Source: Penicillus capitatus (lineage: Eukaryota > Plantae > Chlorophyta). From it: a DNA stretch of 64,000 nucleotides. The DNA is taken from positions 62,001 through 126,000 of the forward strand of contig OZ287695.1 in assembly GCA_965649825.1 (NCBI GenBank). The letters run 5' to 3'. Below are positions 62,361 to 64,000 of the stretch, piece by piece; the stretch's first letter is position 1; each line of letters opens with the position of its first letter. The notes beneath the pieces are model-generated. The model did not search any database. It was not told the origin of the DNA and saw nothing but the letters and a program-made list of their open reading frames with translations. Made by a program: the position numbers and the translations under genes.

Positions 62361-63892
62361 ATGAAGCGTACACGCGATCGCACGGCGGACAGACGGCCCG
62401 CGCAGAGAACCAAGAGTTTTCCGTATGCCCTGCGCAGCCTGTGATCGACATGGCTGTCCTCAGGCCCCGTGCCATCCGTTCCCGTCGACGAAGGGCTGTC
62501 GCTGATTCGAAAGACATCCGAGAAGGTGCCTGTCGTCGAGATGAGACGGCTGACGGGATGTTCGACTGCAGCTCATCGACTTTCGGAATTCTGCAAAGCA
62601 TCTGTCGGAGACGGTGGCTTCCAGTCCTCCCACATCCGATGCCGCCAAGAGCATCACCAAGGTGTTCTTCCGCAGCTCGATCGATGCTCGTGCATTCCAT
62701 TGCATTCCCACTAGAGAGCGGAAGAAATCCTGGCAGAACTCGAGAAGCCGCTCGAACGAATCTTTCAGATCGAGGCGGCATTGATGCAAGTGTCTGGCGG
62801 ATCTGAAGACGACAGGGCAAGACAGCCGGCACTCCTTCTGGGACCACATCGTGTGCCCTCCAGATGGACCCAGCTGACGCACTAGATTTTGCTCCGAGAC
62901 TGGGAGACTCCGAGAACGAGGAAGACAAGTTGCCTGCATCCCCCGAGAGCTCCCAGTTCGGCCGATGCACTCGAAAATTGGACGCGGACCTGAGGTCGCT
63001 CAGAAACGAACGCGTCAGAGAGGCAAAGGCCAAACTGTTTCAAAATCTTGCGGCCGGTGAGCATGAACGTTCGGTTGCCCTTCAGAGCACTCCGCCTGTG
63101 GTTCAGATGAGATGCACAACAATGACATCCGCAGCATTACAAACCGGATAGCCGAGATCGCTGCCGTGAAGTGTTCTTTTCAGACGGCGTTCTGCACAGA
63201 TACCATCTCGGTGTCTCTCGCTCAATTCGTGCCGTGTTCACCACGACTGTGCTGTGAGATGGATCCCTTTCCTTCGTGTTAGGTTTGCATGAGGCATGAT
63301 TCGTTCGTCGTGTACGTCGAGCTGAACGACAGAGGGACTGCGACTCCCAAGCGCGTTCACGTTCAACCTTCCTTCTCACACCCAAAGTCGCGAGTGCTTA
63401 GCCCGATGGATGCTCTGGACGTTCTTGCAGACTGGCGTGCTGTGTGTAGAGGACTGCCGGTGTCCATCCCTCGATCTACCACAGACCGGCTGCGAAGGTG
63501 TATTCCTCAGAGCGATGCTGCGAATCTCATTTCATGCGTCTGCAGGTGTTTCAAGATATGGAAACCCTGCTGAACGAGGCGATGGAATGGTACTGGCGGA
63601 AGGAGCTCGAGAGGTACATCCACCTCAGCGCAGACAAACGCGAGAAGAGTGTACCCGGTGAACAAAGCGACTGGATCCGCGCACGAGCAATGTCTCTCTG
63701 CACACAGGTCTGGCGGTACTTGAACGTCTGCTCCTGTACGCATCCTGCTTCAGGACGCTGCTGCAGAAATTGCCTCAGATTACAAACTCTGCAAAGTATG
63801 GGGATCCCAGGGTCCCTCTCGAAGAGGTCTACTGTCAGAGATACAGGAAGACGAAGGACGAAATGATCTCCTCGCTCTTGAGCAGAACATGA
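62361..63892 (+). CDS. Orphan multi-exon protein, copy B
   Basis: Inverted duplicate of 7725-9258 with reading frames preserved. Confidence 0.55.
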
Positions 63893-63899
63893 TCCGTCG

Positions 63900-64000
63900 T
63901 CACTGGGCTTTGCCCTCTTCTTTCGTCGCCGAGGTCGTTGTTTGCAGACCCTCTGTTTTCAATTCCGAGAAGAACTCGGCGATTTTATCGCGAGCTGTCA
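63900..64000 (-). CDS. NPU: 3' end of a second NPU-like gene copy (remainder beyond the window)
   Basis: Reverse complement of 7617-7717, including the stop codon. Confidence 0.85.
   Translation of the reverse strand, partial: TARDKIAEFFSELKTEGLQTTTSATKEEGKAQ

Larger units (their letters stand above)
60324..64000. repeat. Right arm of the inverted segmental duplication (pairs with 7617-11294), continues past the window end
   Basis: Direct reverse-complement alignment. Confidence 0.97.

Noticed and set aside
1-64000. Most short ORFs in the six-frame track
   Set aside because: They are antisense or alternate-frame shadows of the spliced genes listed, with no motifs of their own.
1-64000. Alternative genetic code (TAA/TAG = Gln, as in some ulvophytes)
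   Set aside because: Conserved proteins end at TAA/TAG exactly where expected (PRK 33527-33529, HSP70 after EEVD, katanin after EFGSI).
1-64000. tRNA, rRNA, snRNA or CRISPR arrays
   Set aside because: No recognisable signatures by eye; a covariance-model search would be needed to exclude small RNAs.
7617-64000. Large inverted repeat as terminal inverted repeats of a giant transposon or virus
   Set aside because: The arms consist of intron-containing host genes and the interior is housekeeping genes. No transposase, polB or capsid gene is seen.

Overview
Gene-dense nuclear DNA of a photosynthetic eukaryote, most likely a chlorophyte green alga. This is inferred from plastid-targeted PRK, GUN4 and CtpA, a PPR-Smr-cyclin gene, short (~45-70 nt) spliceosomal introns and the standard genetic code. 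The window opens in an intact Ty3/Gypsy pol ORF and then carries about 30 host genes: a membrane-anchored bacterial-type sugar-binding-domain protein, NPU, katanin p60-like, AIR carboxylase, a HARE-HTH/Tudor protein, PPR-cyclin, a divergent eL8, CDPK, KCBP, PRK, PKG, an FtsJ-type methyltransferase, GUN4, RBOH, THUMP, HSP70, FHA-RING-ARM-TM, EDR2-like, CtpA, Ubl-Cys-RING and EXO84. The dominant structural feature is a >=3.68-kb, ~98% identical inverted duplication (7617-11294 vs 60324-64000, running off the window). It brackets a 49-kb block and cuts through EXO84. Best novelty candidates: (1) the PBP-domain receptor-like gene, (2) the inverted-repeat-bounded, potentially flippable block, (3) the T-rich to A-rich flip inside the retroelement pol with a purine tract at the hinge, and (4) two unusual E3-ligase architectures. 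Exon boundaries were traced by eye and gene ends are approximate. Family assignments are by motif recognition, not database search.
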